DNA of 64,000 nt from Neoconidiobolus thromboides FSU 785 (Eukaryota; Fungi; Entomophthoromycota): NCBI GenBank assembly GCA_025603075.1, contig MU626291.1, positions 80,078-144,077 of the forward strand, in the 5' to 3' direction. This document shows positions 1-13,548 of the stretch, piece by piece. A program made the position numbers and the translations under genes. The notes beneath the pieces were generated by a model. It was not told the origin of the DNA. It did no database searches and saw only the letters and a list, made by a program, of their open reading frames with translations. How positions within the stretch are numbered: position 1 is the first letter of the stretch; the number at the start of each line of letters is the position of its first letter.

Positions 1-799
1 ATCCACTATTTTTATTAGATTATCTAAAGAAGTCAATGACCATCTCAATATTTAACCTAAATGACGCATAATATTGGTTTACATAAGCATTTTACAATAA
101 CAAGTTAAATGTAGAAGTAAACAAAAAAGTTGATAAAATTTTAGCACCTCAAACCTATGTTCATAATATACTAATGAATAACCAAAAATACAAGTTGAGC
201 GGAAAGCAATCTTAAAGAAAGAACCACGCTAACATAAAGAACCTGGCAAATTATATGCGATAAAAGTAAAATAAACAACTTTAGTAAATAGCCAAAAAAT
301 ACTAATAAAGAATCTTTTGGTTGATAAGGAACTACAAAGTACTAACTTAAGTGAACATCTTTATGTTCCTAAAGAATGTGGTAAAGTAAATAATGAGACC
401 AAAGAAAAGCCGCCTTTATTAGCGGATAATAAAGAAATTTTGATAAAAGAAACATCAAAGCAGCCGGATGTTAAAAATGATAATTTATTAAGAATTGATA
501 AACAGGGAAAAAGGGATTCAAATAAAGATATGAAAGCAAATCACAAAGAACAAGAGGGCAGTATGTCCATAATTGAAAAAGCAATCATTGAGACTAGCCA
601 GCAGAAAGATCATGATAATATGGTGAGAATTATTGAATAAAAAAGGAACAATTTAAACAAAAATGCAAAAATAATCTTGGAAAATCAAAGCAACAAACTA
701 TGTACAGCTGAACAGATACTAGGAAATCCAAGCTAGCATAAACAAAATAGTAGTATACTTATATCAAAGCAAATATTTAATTTGATTAAAAATACTATA

Positions 800-873
800 A
801 TGTATACTTCAAAGTACAACTTAGATAGATTATATTATGTATACTCCAAGGTACAACCTAGATAATTTATATT
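800..873 (+). repeat. 37-bp tandem duplication
   Basis: atgtatacttcaaagtacaacttagatagattatatt / atgtatactccaaggtacaacctagataatttatatt. Confidence 0.8.
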
Positions 874-953
874 ATGTATTAAATAATAAAACAGATATTG
901 ATATTTTATTTTTTTATAAACTATCAAAAAAGCTAGATAATTTTATCAAAAAA

Positions 954-1052
954 ATGAGGATGTTTTTGGCTTCATTACTTTTTCCATTTTTAAGCGCTAT
1001 TTAAGTGGGAAACTTGTTAGTAAAATTCTTAAATACAAAAATATATCCTTCA
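954..1052 (+). mobile_element. ~105-bp TIR element (MITE-like family A), copy 1
   Basis: atgaggatgtttttggcttcattac...taagcgctatttaag...cttaaatacaaaaatatatcc. Confidence 0.8.
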
Positions 1053-2019
1053 CTTTATGCTTTTGATACCAAATTTAAATTCTCAAGGTTACATCTTGCA
1101 CATAATTTTTAATTTTTAATCATGAATTCTCAACTGTTCAATTTACAGTGAAAACTATCAAATAAGATAAAGGGAGCACAAAGGTTATTGAGCAAAACGA
1201 TGACGGTAAACAATAAAGCACTTAAAAAGATAATGGCAGCAAACCGAATTTTGACCAGAATAATAGTAATTTTGCAAATAACTAAAATATTGACACCAAT
1301 AAAAGTATTTAGCATAATAAATACAGAAAGCAAACCATTAATAAGCATCAAAACTATGTCAAGGTCAACAATGAACTAAAAAAATTATTACTACTGATAA
1401 ATGTCAAGGGATGTCGATAAAAGAGACACTAAATCAATTATTTATTGAGTACGGTAATGCAAAGACAGTAATCGAAAAAGAAAGTGAAGTTATAAAATAA
1501 GAATAATAATGGAAAAAAAGTGGAAGAAAAAAGTCCAATGACGCTATTATACGTTAGCAGTACTTAGAGAAGTCAAGAAAGTTTATACAGAGAATCTAGC
1601 ACTAAGTTGCAGCAGATACATAGTGAGCACTACCGAAGAGGTTGTATTAAAGTGATTTCGGATTCAATTCTTAGAGTGTTGAAGTCACTGGATATAATGT
1701 TTAAAAGAAATAAAATAAAAATAGGTATGAGGTTGGGATCAAAAACGAAAAGTATAGTAATGTAGTTATAACAGGAATTAAAGAAATTTGAAAGTTTTTT
1801 AGAAATAATAATAGTTATGCTTTAAAGCAAATATAGATACAAATAATACTAAATATGTAACTGGACATTAATCCATCTTTAGCCACTATACCTATGAAAA
1901 AGCAATGAATATTACCCCTTTAAATAAAAACAAGTGGTAAATAATCTATTTAACTTTAGTTTTAGGTTTAAAAGTTTATTTAAAATATTTAACTTAACTT
2001 TAGAACAAAATGATAAAAT

Positions 2020-3430
2020 TTAAAGCTTAGGAGGAGCCAAACTCAATAAATCTGCTTTACGCTCAGCTTTTCTGAGGTCAGCAGACGCAGCAATAGCCTG
2101 TTCTTCTGGTGAAACTGGGACTAATGGCTGCAATTTATTTAGCTGATGGTTTGAGCCATGCTGCATTGTAACAAAGGTAAAGAAACCATCATTAGTGAAT
2201 TCTTCAACAGAACTACCAGGCTCCAGCTTTGTAACCATTACATAAACCTCCATACTTTTATTGAATACTTTGGTCACTAGACTACGTAAAATGATAATAT
2301 CACCAACCCGACTTGGTTTCACAAATTGAATCGCATCGGAGCTAATATTTTTTTAAGTGTTTTTTTAATTGGAAATTAATTTATCTGGGCTTACCTCGCT
2401 GACATTACAACCCCTTTTGCATGCCTTGTGGCCGATACTGAAGCGCAAGATTCCATCCAGTTCATAATTTGACCACCAAATAAAGTATCTATATTGTTTG
2501 CTTGGGAAGGCAAGATAGTATGTGCAGACTCTGCGTAAGTAGAGCTCGCCTTTGCAGTTGAGGACTAAACAAAAACATAAATCAATATGTAAATAAAGTA
2601 AAAGCTAGTCACTTACTAATAAATAAGATCTAAAATTTTCTAATTCTTGGGAATATTTGGCAGTTTTTCTAAGTTGCATTCTTTTATTACGCCTCACTTC
2701 TGCCTGCTCATAAAGCTGTGTTTGAAACGAAGTCTCTGGATATAGCTTTGGTAATCGTAATACGTTGTTTTCATCCCTTGGCCCATTGACCAATACAAAA
2801 GTTAATAATGAAGAGCAGCCTATGTACTTATTAATTAAATTATTTTAAAAGTTAAATTGAAGTTACAAAACCTTGGACCTAAGCCATTGAGGTCATCCAC
2901 TTCTACAGTTACTTGAACTTCAATTGAAGTTTTCCAGCTTCTATTTATTTGGCCTTTAAATATGATAATGGAACCAACCTTTATTGGGGACATGAAATGG
3001 ACTGCGTCCATACTACGTGTTGGCTAATTGAAATAGAAGGATTAAGATTGAATTTAATTTAATCAAATACTTGAGTTTACACAAATTATAGCACCTCCCA
3101 GTTTACGAATAGCATGAGTGGCCACCAAATCGATACTAGATAATATGGAACCTCCTTTTATATAGCCATTGATGGAATCAAACCCTGAGTTGGCCATATT
3201 CATTGAAGTTACTCTTAATTTCAAGTTAAATGTTAGTATACTTAAATTATAATAGCAAATTACTGAGTGGAAGTGATACTCTTTGGTTCAAAATACTTTT
3301 GAATTAAGCTTAAGCTCATGGTATTATTAAGTATCTCTTGATTTCTTTGTGTAGACATGGTGACACGATTTAATAGAGTTGGTCGTAAAAGCGATTTTAT
3401 TGATTTAATAAAGGGTTTTATACGTTGCAT
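2020..3430 (-). CDS. Double HotDog-fold acyl-CoA thioesterase (YciA/ACOT7-like), multi-exon
   Basis: Spliced by eye from ATG 3430 (MQRIKPF). Two HotDog repeats: NGYIKGGSILSSID...SMDAVHFMSPIKVG...INRSWKTSIEVQV and TLFGGQIMNWMESCA...DAIQFVKPSRVGDII...VFNKSMEVYV. GT-AG introns. Confidence 0.85.
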
Positions 3431-3920
3431 TAATATTATTAAAAATTCTAATTTTAGTTGGTCTTTTCGGTATCTTTTTCCTTTTCGTATCAACTTAATT
3501 TTTTACGTGTTTATTATTTGCGGATTTCAATTATAATAAGTGTAAAATAGTAGAGACACATTCGACTTCTAATTAGTACATTTTATTAAAAAATAAGGAT
3601 TACCAATTAAGTTTATAAATAGTATGAATTTAAATATTTAATTGGCTATCACTATTTTTACAATTATGAGAATTCTAGCGATTGAAAAAATTAAAGTGCC
3701 CATTATTTAGTACTTAGCTATGTTAAGTGTATATTCTATTTATCAAAGAATAATTCAAGAAGCTATAAGCGTTGATTATTAATTAATATATTTTCAGTAA
3801 ACTATTAATATCGCTATAGTAATAATGCCGTATTTCTTGATATTTTAAAGTATTAGTATATCAACCATTACTAAATGTAGCAAAAAAAACTAAAAACTGA
3901 ATTTATACTTTGAATTTGTT

Positions 3921-4018
3921 TATAGGGAGTATTTTTTGGTTTCATTATTTTCTATTTTTTTAAACGCTATTTGAGTGAAAAAACTGTTGATGAAACTCTT
4001 ATAAAATACATTCCCAAT
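3921..4018 (+). mobile_element. MITE-like family A, copy 2
   Basis: tatagggagtattttttggtttcatt...cgctatttgagtg...aatacattcccaata. Confidence 0.75.
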
Positions 4019-4297
4019 AACTATTCAAAGTATAAATTCAAAATTTTACTCAATTAGTTACTTTGACTTACACTTTGGCAAAAGTTGCGAAAAATACACC
4101 AGTTAAAGTGAACTAGACCAAGTATTATAAATTTATATAAAAATAAATTCTTTGATGCCATATGTTAGTTTAGATTTAAAAAATATTGGATTTTGTTCCC
4201 TTTTTATAAATAGAACATCAATTTAGTCGTAACTAAGTTTAATAAAAAAGATAGCCAATATTTCTTTTTAAAATTATAGTAGAAACAAAAAACATAT

Positions 4298-6333
4298 ATG
4301 GAAGGAAGAAAGCAAAAAAAACAGGATCTAGGCAAGAACTACGTTTTTTCAGTATCAAAAAATGCATCTCAAAGTAAAGAAAAAGGTATTTGAGTCCAAT
4401 ATCGCTAAAACATTAATAACAAATATTATTTAGTGCCAAAACATGTAGCTAAACCATCTCTTCCATATCAACCAAACGCTAATTACCCACCATTAGAAAA
4501 ACCAAGGCAAGAAGTGGGAAAAATACCAATGCCAATAGGTTATCAGCCATTAAGTCATGAGTTAGCAAGGAAAAATAGAGGTCCAACCATGAAAATGGAA
4601 GAACCGTCTCCTTTAACGTTTATCCAAAAGAGCAGAGGCCCAATAGTAAAAATGGAAGAGCCACCAGCCTTAAAGTTTATCCATGAGAATGGAGAAACAC
4701 AAACGGCAATGAACATAGCTCGTTACACACATACCATAAGTTTTGATCAAGCACAGAAGAGCAGCAAAATAAAGTCTGGATTGCTTCCTGTCCAGCCAAT
4801 GCCTCACCATTTTTCAGTTCCAGAAACATATTTAAAACATTTAAAACAAAAGTTTCCAATTAATCCAGTGCATAAAAAAGAAGTGGAACAGATATCTAGA
4901 ATGTTTAGTCATCTAAGTCAGGACTATTATATCTATGATAAGATCGGGGAGGGTACATTCAGTTCAGTTTACAAAGGAGTGGATATCAAGTTTGATTTAT
5001 ATGATAATTCAAGTTGGGATTTATTTGATGATGCGGATGATGAGGAAGAAGAATTTAACTTTAAAAAGGTACCTCAACCACCACCAAATTTAGTCTGGGA
5101 TTTACCAAACTCAAACGATCATCCAGTATATGTCAACCCTAATTCTTTAACTAGAAGTAAAGGCTCAGCTAAGTATAAGTTAGTAGCAATCAAAAAGATT
5201 TATGTTACTTCTAGTTGTTCTAGAATTGAAAATGAGATTGAGTTGTTATCTATATTAAGGTAAGACACAAAATCGTAAACTTTTGTCGTTATTTATTTAT
5301 TAATTTATAGTGGCCACCCAAATGTAGTTTCTTTAATTACTGCTTTACGGCATGAGGATCAAATTATAGCAATAACTCCTTACTACCGCCACCATGATTT
5401 TAGAGTAAGTTCAGTTTAACATTATATAAATTATAAGAACAAATTCATAAACTAACTTTAGGACACCTTTTTACTATTTTCATTTCAAGATATGCAAAGT
5501 TACTTACGTTGTTTATTACGAGGTTTACTTCGATGCCATCAACTAAAGATTATTCATCGAGATGTTAAACCTTCCAATTTCTTATATCATATGACCAAAC
5601 GTAGAGGTCAATTAGCAGATTTTGGCTTGGCCCAAAGGATTGAAAATACTAATAGAGAAGAAAGATTGGATTTTGATAAATTAAGAGAAGAAGCACCCAA
5701 ATCTAATGACCCTAATTTACACAAAAATCCAAACGGGGCCTATGGTTCATTTATGAATGATAAGGGGATACCAGGAGTAGTTAAAAATGATCATCGCCCT
5801 TCGATTAGAGCGAATCGAGCTGGTACCCGTGGATTTAGAGCACCTGAAGTGCTTTTTAAGGTGGTTAATCAGACTTCAGGTAAGTTTTAGTTTAATTTGA
5901 CATTTAAATTGAAATTAAAATAACTTTTTTAGCCATTGATATTTGGTCAGCTGGAGTGATCTTACTTTGTATGCTAACTAGAAAATTTCCATTTTTTAAT
6001 TCACCTACCGATCATGATGCCTTAATTGAAATCGGAATTATTTATGGAAAAAAGAGAATGCAGGAAGTAGCTAAAATATTTAGTAAGTATCATTTACATT
6101 ATTTGATTAACATTTATTGACTGTTTTATTTAGATAGAACATTTGATACTAATGTACCATCTGTTACTGAGGATGGTATGACTTTTGAAGAATTAATCCA
6201 TTTCAACAACCCAGGTGAATATAATATCATACCTTATCAAGCCATCGATCTATTGAAACGATTATTGATGTTGAATCCAGCAGAACGGATTTCTGCTGAA
6301 CATGCCCTTCAGCATCCTTTCTTATCAGAATGA
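4298..6333 (+). CDS. CDC7: Cdc7/Hsk1 (DDK catalytic subunit) Ser/Thr kinase, multi-exon
   Basis: Motifs DKIGEGTFSSVYK, VAIKKIYVTSS..RIENE, HRDVKPSNFL, DFGLAQ and the Cdc7-typical RANRAGTRGFRAPEVLFK. Exon 1 from ATG 4298 splices in phase to 4434; TGA at 6331-6333. Confidence 0.93.
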
Positions 6334-6689
6334 AAATTGCTGCTGTGATGAAGGTGTGTTCATTTTAAAGTGTGTTTATTAGTGTTTTTTCAAAATCAAA
6401 TTAAGGACATTGACTGATTAAAATTTTTTAATTTTATTATTACTTATTTGTTGTTTTATTTTTATCAACTGAAGAGAACTATTATTAAGATTGATTTGAT
6501 TAAATTATACAAATTAAAGAGAAATCCATTAAAAAACTCAAGTACTAGCAATACTAATAATAATCAATTTATTTTTGTTTCTATGTGAAAAAGGTAGATA
6601 AAGTCAAAAAGCTTCAGTTAATTACAACTACAACTTGCGATAAAGATAAATAGCAGAATGACATGTTCCTCAATATAATCTAAGGGTTC

Positions 6690-8556
6690 TTAATCTTTCT
6701 TCTTCTTTTTCTTTTTCTCTCCCTAAAAATGAATGAGTATTCAATTTTATGTAATAAAAATTTTAAACTTACATCAGTTTCAGATTTACGCTTAGACTCC
6801 TAATAAAATGCATTAATTTTCTGTTGTATTTATTTAATTAGTTATTTTACCTTTTCTTTCTTTTCTTTTTTAGATTTCTTTTCTTTAGTTTCTTCATCTT
6901 TAGTTTCAACTACTATTTTGGCTTCTTCCTTAATCTAAAAATTTATTAGTAAAACCCAGCTAAAATATATTTTAATTTACTTCAACAATAGGGGCAAGTT
7001 CAACTGGAGCTGGGATAGGGTCAACAGCATCATTTTCTTCAGGTCTAAAAATATGAATATTACATTGCAAAAAGTTGAGTTGCTATTTACCTATGCAAAT
7101 CTTTGTAAGAGGTAGCCCAGTCTTTAGGTGTGTTTTCATTCTTTTTACCATATTTATCAAGTTTTCCTTCTTTAATAAGTGCTTTCTTTTTGGCAGCCTA
7201 AAAACAATATTAGTTATTGATCCAAGATATTATAAATATTGATTACAATTGGTCCTAATCCCCAACGACGTGGATAAGTATCACGTTCCATAATGACACG
7301 CTTAATCTTAGCAGCAACACCATGTTCACAGGTAGCCAAAACAGCAGTGTTCATTTGAGCGATAGCAAGAGCAACAGCTTCACCTTTGGTTGTAATAATA
7401 ACTACTTCATCGTTAACTTCAATACCAGCTTCATATCTTAATACACCTGGAATCATAATCTTGGCTCCATAACATACGGCGTTGATAGCACTATCTTTTA
7501 ATACAATACGCTTATAACCAGTTAAAAGGGATTCAAGTGGTCTAATGACACGACGTAAATAAGATTCTAAATTGAAAAAATTAAAATTTAGGCAATCGTA
7601 TATAATTTTGTATTTACCATCATTGGAGCTTTCGTAAACCCATTGAGCATCAAGAACATCATGCATAGTGACCATGTTATCCTAAATAAAAAATTAGACA
7701 ACATAACTTTAAATTTAAATTAAATTACATCTTCTCCATTAGAACCTGAACGTACACGACGAAGTTCTTGCATATGACCACCAACTTTAAGGAGCAAACC
7801 TAAATGTACACAAAGGGTACGAATATAGGTACCAGCTTCACAAGAGACCCAAAATACAGCGAGGTTGCGTTCGTTATCAAACTCAATAAGTTTAGATTCA
7901 TTAATGGTACGTACACGAAGTTGTCTCTTAACAGCGGAAATAAGAGGAGGACGTTGGAATAAAGCACCAGTTAAGGTTTCGATAGCCTAATTAAATTATT
8001 AATTTATGAACTCAAGTATGTTAAAAGTTAATCTTTTACATTTGGTAAAGCTTTCTCGTTTTCAAGAGCATCATGGAGACGTAAAACAGCAACGTATTCT
8101 TTACCAGCAGATTGTTGGGATTTAACTAAACGGGTGGCACGGTCAATGCAGACAATCAAACATCCAGTGACTTTGGGATCTAAAGTTCCACTATGTCCAG
8201 TTTTCTCAACTTTAAGGATTCTACGGATCCAAGCTACAACTTCATGGGAACTTGGGTTAGAAGGTTTATCTAAGTTGATAATACCATAACTTTTTAAAAA
8301 TTAACATACTGCTTAGTTAATTAGAAAACGAATTACCGTAAATAATTTTTTAAGTCTCTAGCAAGAGGAGAAGAACCGCTTGGGATAGGGGTAAAGTGAC
8401 CAGTACGAGCTAAAAGTTGATCATAGTTCTAAATAGATTAGTTTTAAACATTTGTATATATCTTGTTTGTTTGAATATTACTTTTAATAATAATGGCCAT
8501 TCTGAAGTATTGACAGCTGGTACATCTTTAGTTGGTTTGATAACATGTTCACTCAT
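6690..8556 (-). CDS. CBF5: H/ACA snoRNP pseudouridine synthase Cbf5/dyskerin, multi-exon
   Basis: MSEHVIKP...SEWPLLLK start; [47 protein letters not shown] domain ([12 protein letters not shown]), [14 protein letters not shown]; Lys/Glu-rich tail over short exons. Confidence 0.97.
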
Positions 8557-9429
8557 TTTAGTATTATTTTTTTTTGAAAAAAATGGTAGGCTATTTAATT
8601 TGACTTATTTTGTTAGTTTTATGTTTGGAATATTTATTATGGGAAGTCTCAAGTTTAATCCCTTTTTTTGAATTATGCAATTATTAGCAAATTTTAAACT
8701 GCGGAAAGAGGAAATTATCCTGCGTTATTTGGATTGTTTAAGTTAATTTTGTTAGTAAAAGTTGGTCTAAAACAAGTTTTTTTTTAAAAATTCTGCTTAC
8801 ACATTTTTTAGTTTTAAATTTTATAAAAAGTGGACAACTTATTTAAATAAAAAAGGGAATTCTTTTGTGTTAAAATGAATATTTAAGAGTGTAGTTCTAT
8901 TTTTTCTGAGTTTAAAAAATAATTGTAGTAAAAATTCAATTTTTATCAGAATTAAACAATAAAATCTAAAGCCGTTAAAGAGCTATTTGTGCCTATAGCT
9001 TTTTGATTTCAAAATAAGTATAACAACATTACCATATTAACTCTACTATTAGATATTTACATATGTTTCTTCCTTTTTGAGCAAAGATGGTGGCAAGCAT
9101 CTTATTGGCTATAATAGAAATTCGATTCTATAAGGATATTTAACAGAAATCTAATTTTTAATAATTTTAGCTAATATTTAAAATATTCTATTTAATAAAA
9201 ACAGCAATTTAATATTAATTTAATTTTAGTTTGATTTTAGTTTGATTTTAGCTTGATTTCAATTTTATATTAGTAATAGTAAAATACTATTTATTATAAA
9301 AAAAGATTTAAAGCAAAAACAAATTCTTATTTTATCTTTTTGACTAAATATCAAACTTTAGATCAAAAATTAATTTTACTTTGATTCTGCAAGTCTTCAT
9401 AATCAAGATTTGCCCAAAAAAAGGAAGAA

Positions 9430-9552
9430 ATGAGGATGTTTTCTTTGGCTTCATTGCTTTTTCTATCTTTTAAGCGCTATTTTAGTAAAAAATTGTTAGT
9501 AAAATCCTTAAATATAAAAATACATCCTCAAATATACAAAAATACATCCTCA
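9430..9552 (+). mobile_element. MITE-like family A, copy 3, with a tandemly duplicated right end
   Basis: atgaggatg...tacatcctca, then the 3' end (aaaaatacatcctca) is repeated at 9531-9552. Confidence 0.8.
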
Positions 9553-10128
9553 AATATATAAAAATACCTAATATTTAAATTAAAATATAAACTTAATTTT
9601 TATATCAAACTTCAAAGTATCTATTTTTACATCAAACTATAAACTTGACTTCATATTTAATTTAACTAAATTTTCTATGATTCAATACCACATTAAATAA
9701 AAACTTATTTTTAACTTTTATAATGTCTAATAATAAATCAATAAAAATATAGTTAAAAATAGTCTAATTTCAATAAAAAAAATCTATTACTAATAATATA
9801 TATTGATAATTCGCATCTACCAATACTCGGAATATATAATAAATCAACTACCAGCTTAACAGCTCGAATAAAACCTCAGGGTAAGTACAGCCACAATTGA
9901 TAAAAGCCAATGAAAGAAAGTAATTAACGAATCAGATGGTTAGGAAAACAAATCAAAATGAAAAAAGTCGCCAAATTAAGAGGGGAAAGAAGAATAAAAT
10001 TGATAAAAATTATGATGGAATTTCAAAATAAATAAAATAAAAAATTTATCCATTTTTATAATTAAAGTTTTTCAGTTTTTGTTACCCTTTTAAAATTGTG
10101 TTATTTAAGAGTTTAAATAAAAATAAAA

Positions 10129-12035
10129 ATGAATACTGCAGTTGTTAAAGCTACTAAACACGATGGTAATATTCCTAAACAAAAACATGTTATTGGTAAG
10201 GATTAGTTTATTCATTATTATTAATACAAAATATGTTATAAAATTATAAAATTAATTAATATTTTAATTCAACAGCATTATGTTCTTTCAGTTGGGAAAA
10301 TAAGGTTACTGTCAAAAATATGTTAGATTTATTAGGAGATAGATTGAGAGATAATAATTGGGATGTAAGTAGAACTGAAACTAAAACTAAACTAAACTAA
10401 ATAAAATTAAAATCGTATTTTTAGGTAGTTTATAAAACATTAATAGTTATTCATACAATTATGAGAGATGGATGCCCAGAGAATGTATTCGATTATTTAA
10501 TAAGAGCACGTAGTTTATTAGATACATCAAGCTTTCGACCAAAAAATTCGAATATTGGTAAGTTTCATTTATGATTTAATCCTTTCTTCATTTTTAAATT
10601 TTCAAAATTTAGGTTTTAATCAAGTTAAAAATATACGAGATTATAGTACTTATTTAGAACATAAAGTATTAGTTTATTCTCAAAAAAAAATAGATTTTTG
10701 TACTACACATAATAATACTAAAATCAATGAGATGTTTAGTTTAGCTATTAATAATGAACTAATTGATAATATCAATTTAATTCAAGAACATTTAGAAGTT
10801 TTATTAGCTGCTAAGGTAATAGCCTTTATAATCATTTTATATTTATATTTATATTCAATGTTTCATTTAGATATCAGAAAATGATATTGATAGTCATATA
10901 AGTTTATATGCATTTAAAATGTTAATACGAGATATGTTAAAAATATATCAATTTTTAAATCAAGGAGTAATTACTATATTGAAAGGATTTTTTGATTTAG
11001 ATTTGCCATTAGCAAAATTATGTCTTAATATCTATAAAAGATATATATCATTAACAGAACAGGTTATCAATTATTTAAACAAGGCAAGAGATATTGAAAA
11101 TTATTTACAGTTTACAATTCCAGAATTAAAACATGTAAAGTTTTTATTATGACATTTCTTAGTATATTTCTTAATATTGATCTCATTAATTAATTTTCTT
11201 AGGCTCCAGTTTCATTGTTAAATGCATTACAAGATCATTTAAATTCGTTACAAAACAGTCAAGTTAAGGTTCCTAATGTTACTTCGAATAATACGCAACA
11301 TACAGAAATATCAAATCAACAACAACAACAACAGAAGCAAAAAGGTAAAGTTTTATGTAATGATAATAATATTTTTATTAATTTTATTTCAAATAATAGT
11401 AATTAAAAAAGAAGCTATTGATTTCTTTGCATCCTTAGATGATGAATTAAATGTACAAACAAATAGTAATATTAGCAATAATAATACTTCATTTAATCCA
11501 TTTAATAATGGCAATAATAATAATAGTATAAACAATAATAACATAAATAATGATTTATTATCATTTAATTCTAATAATAATAATAATAATAATATACCAT
11601 TTAATCCATTTAATCAAAATCAACAAGTATTAAATCGAAGACAAACAACAGTGATTCCACAATTTAGCCAGCCAATAAGGACTTCTACAATGCCTAATAG
11701 TTTTAATCCATTCAGCACTACTTCCAATCCATTTGCTACAATGGGAAGTAATACTAGTAATAATGGAATGAATATGAATAGTATGAATAATAATATGAAT
11801 AATATGAGTTTAGGAAATAATCGAAATACAATGAATCCCTTTTTAATGGATTCAGCTACACAAAGTTTAAATAGTAATTATCAACTGAACTCTATGTTTA
11901 ACAATCCAATGACACATAATACAACTATGAATACATCATCAAGTTTTAATACATCATTGAATCCAAGTTTTAATTCATCAAGTTCATCTACTTCTTTATT
12001 TGATATTAGTAATTCTAACAATAATAATTTTAGTT

Positions 12036-12074
<39 letters not shown>

Positions 12075-12166
12075 GAATGAATAATAATAATTCTTTATTT
12101 AATACAAATAATGGAATGAATAATAATATAAGTAACAATTCTAATAATAATATAAATTTATTTTAA
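10129..12166 (+). CDS. ANTH-domain clathrin adaptor (AP180/Yap1801-2/PICALM-like) with Asn-rich NPF tail
   Basis: MNTAVVKATKHDGNIPKQKH; VVYKTLIVIHTIMRDG; YSTYLEHKV..Y; LIRDMLKIYQFLNQGVITIL; five NPF motifs in the C-terminal low-complexity region. Confidence 0.88.
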
Positions 12167-12593
12167 AAAATATTAATAATTCATCATTTATTAATATCTT
12201 TGATAAATAAGATTTTTTCTGGATTTCTTTTGTTTCTTATATTTCTTTTATTGTTCATTTTCAAATTTTACCCTGTTCCAAATCATTTCCTTATCCTCTC
12301 TTTCGCTAGCTCTTTTAAAATTCAAATAAAAATCGATTTTTTATATTATTAATAATAATATTAACAATTAGACTTATTTTATATGAATTATTTAATCCAC
12401 TGTGTTATTTTTTTCTAATATTGCTATTGTTATAAAAATAATAGCTGAAGTAACATAAAAATGATTAAAAGATATAAGTCTATTTTGATTTGTTTTATAA
12501 AAATGGAATATTTTTTGAAATAATTGAAACAATCTTAAGAAATAAATATAAAATAAAATAAAAATAAAATAATGGTATAAACCAATCAATCAC

Positions 12594-12701
12594 TATATGG
12601 GGATGTTTTTTTTGGCTTCATTGTTTTTTTAATCTTTTGAGCACTATTTAAGTGAAAAATTTGTTAATAAAATTCTTAAATACATACATACATCCCAATA
12701 T
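12594..12701 (+). mobile_element. MITE-like family A, copy 4
   Basis: tatatggggatg...catcccaatat. Confidence 0.82.
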
Positions 12702-12895
12702 TAAATTTTCTATTTCTATTTATAAATCTTATTAAATTCTAATATTAATTCAAAATATTAAAAAATAAACAAATTTAACTATTACTTAATCAATATAATA
12801 ATATACGTTAATATCTTTATTTTTCATTTAACTACTAATATATTTAATATTTAATATTCATAGACAATTATTGTTTAGATATTATAAAAACTTAA

Positions 12896-13506
12896 TTAAA
12901 TAATAAGTCTAGTTAAGATCCCATGTTTGACTTTTGAAATTTGATGATATAACTCATGTAAATGGGATTTAATTTCTTCTTCGGATTTAGTTGGTGGTAC
13001 AATATCTGCAATTAAATAAGCGACAGAACCTTTTGAATCTGAACTTTGTCTTTCAACATTGTAATCCGATAATAAATTATTAATTTCCTGAATTAAATTA
13101 AATTAAGTATCAATTAACTACTCTAATTATTAGAAACTTACTTTTAACACACCAGGTACATTATCATGCACAAAGATAACTCTTACAATATTGCCTTCTT
13201 GTAGTACCCGAGGTCTTAATTCCAAATTAGGGAAATTAACAGCAGATAAAGTAGTCCCAATATTTAAATATTTAGTAATAGAAGTGCCCACTTCAATACC
13301 AATCATAGATTGTGCTTCTTCAGTAGAACCACCAATATGAGGTGATAAGATAGTATTTGGACATCCAATTAATTCATTTGTAAATGCTTCCCCATTTTTA
13401 GATGGTTCGACTGGGAATACGTCAATGGCCGCTCCAGCTAAATGTCCTGATTTTAACGCTTCAGCGAGATGATTAAGTTGTACCTATGAGTTAAAATAAA
13501 GTATTA

Positions 13507-13548
<42 letters not shown>

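Noticed and set aside
11881-12138. Leu-rich 85-aa minus-strand ORF
   Set aside because: Antisense reading of (AAT)n Asn codons in the AP180 tail.
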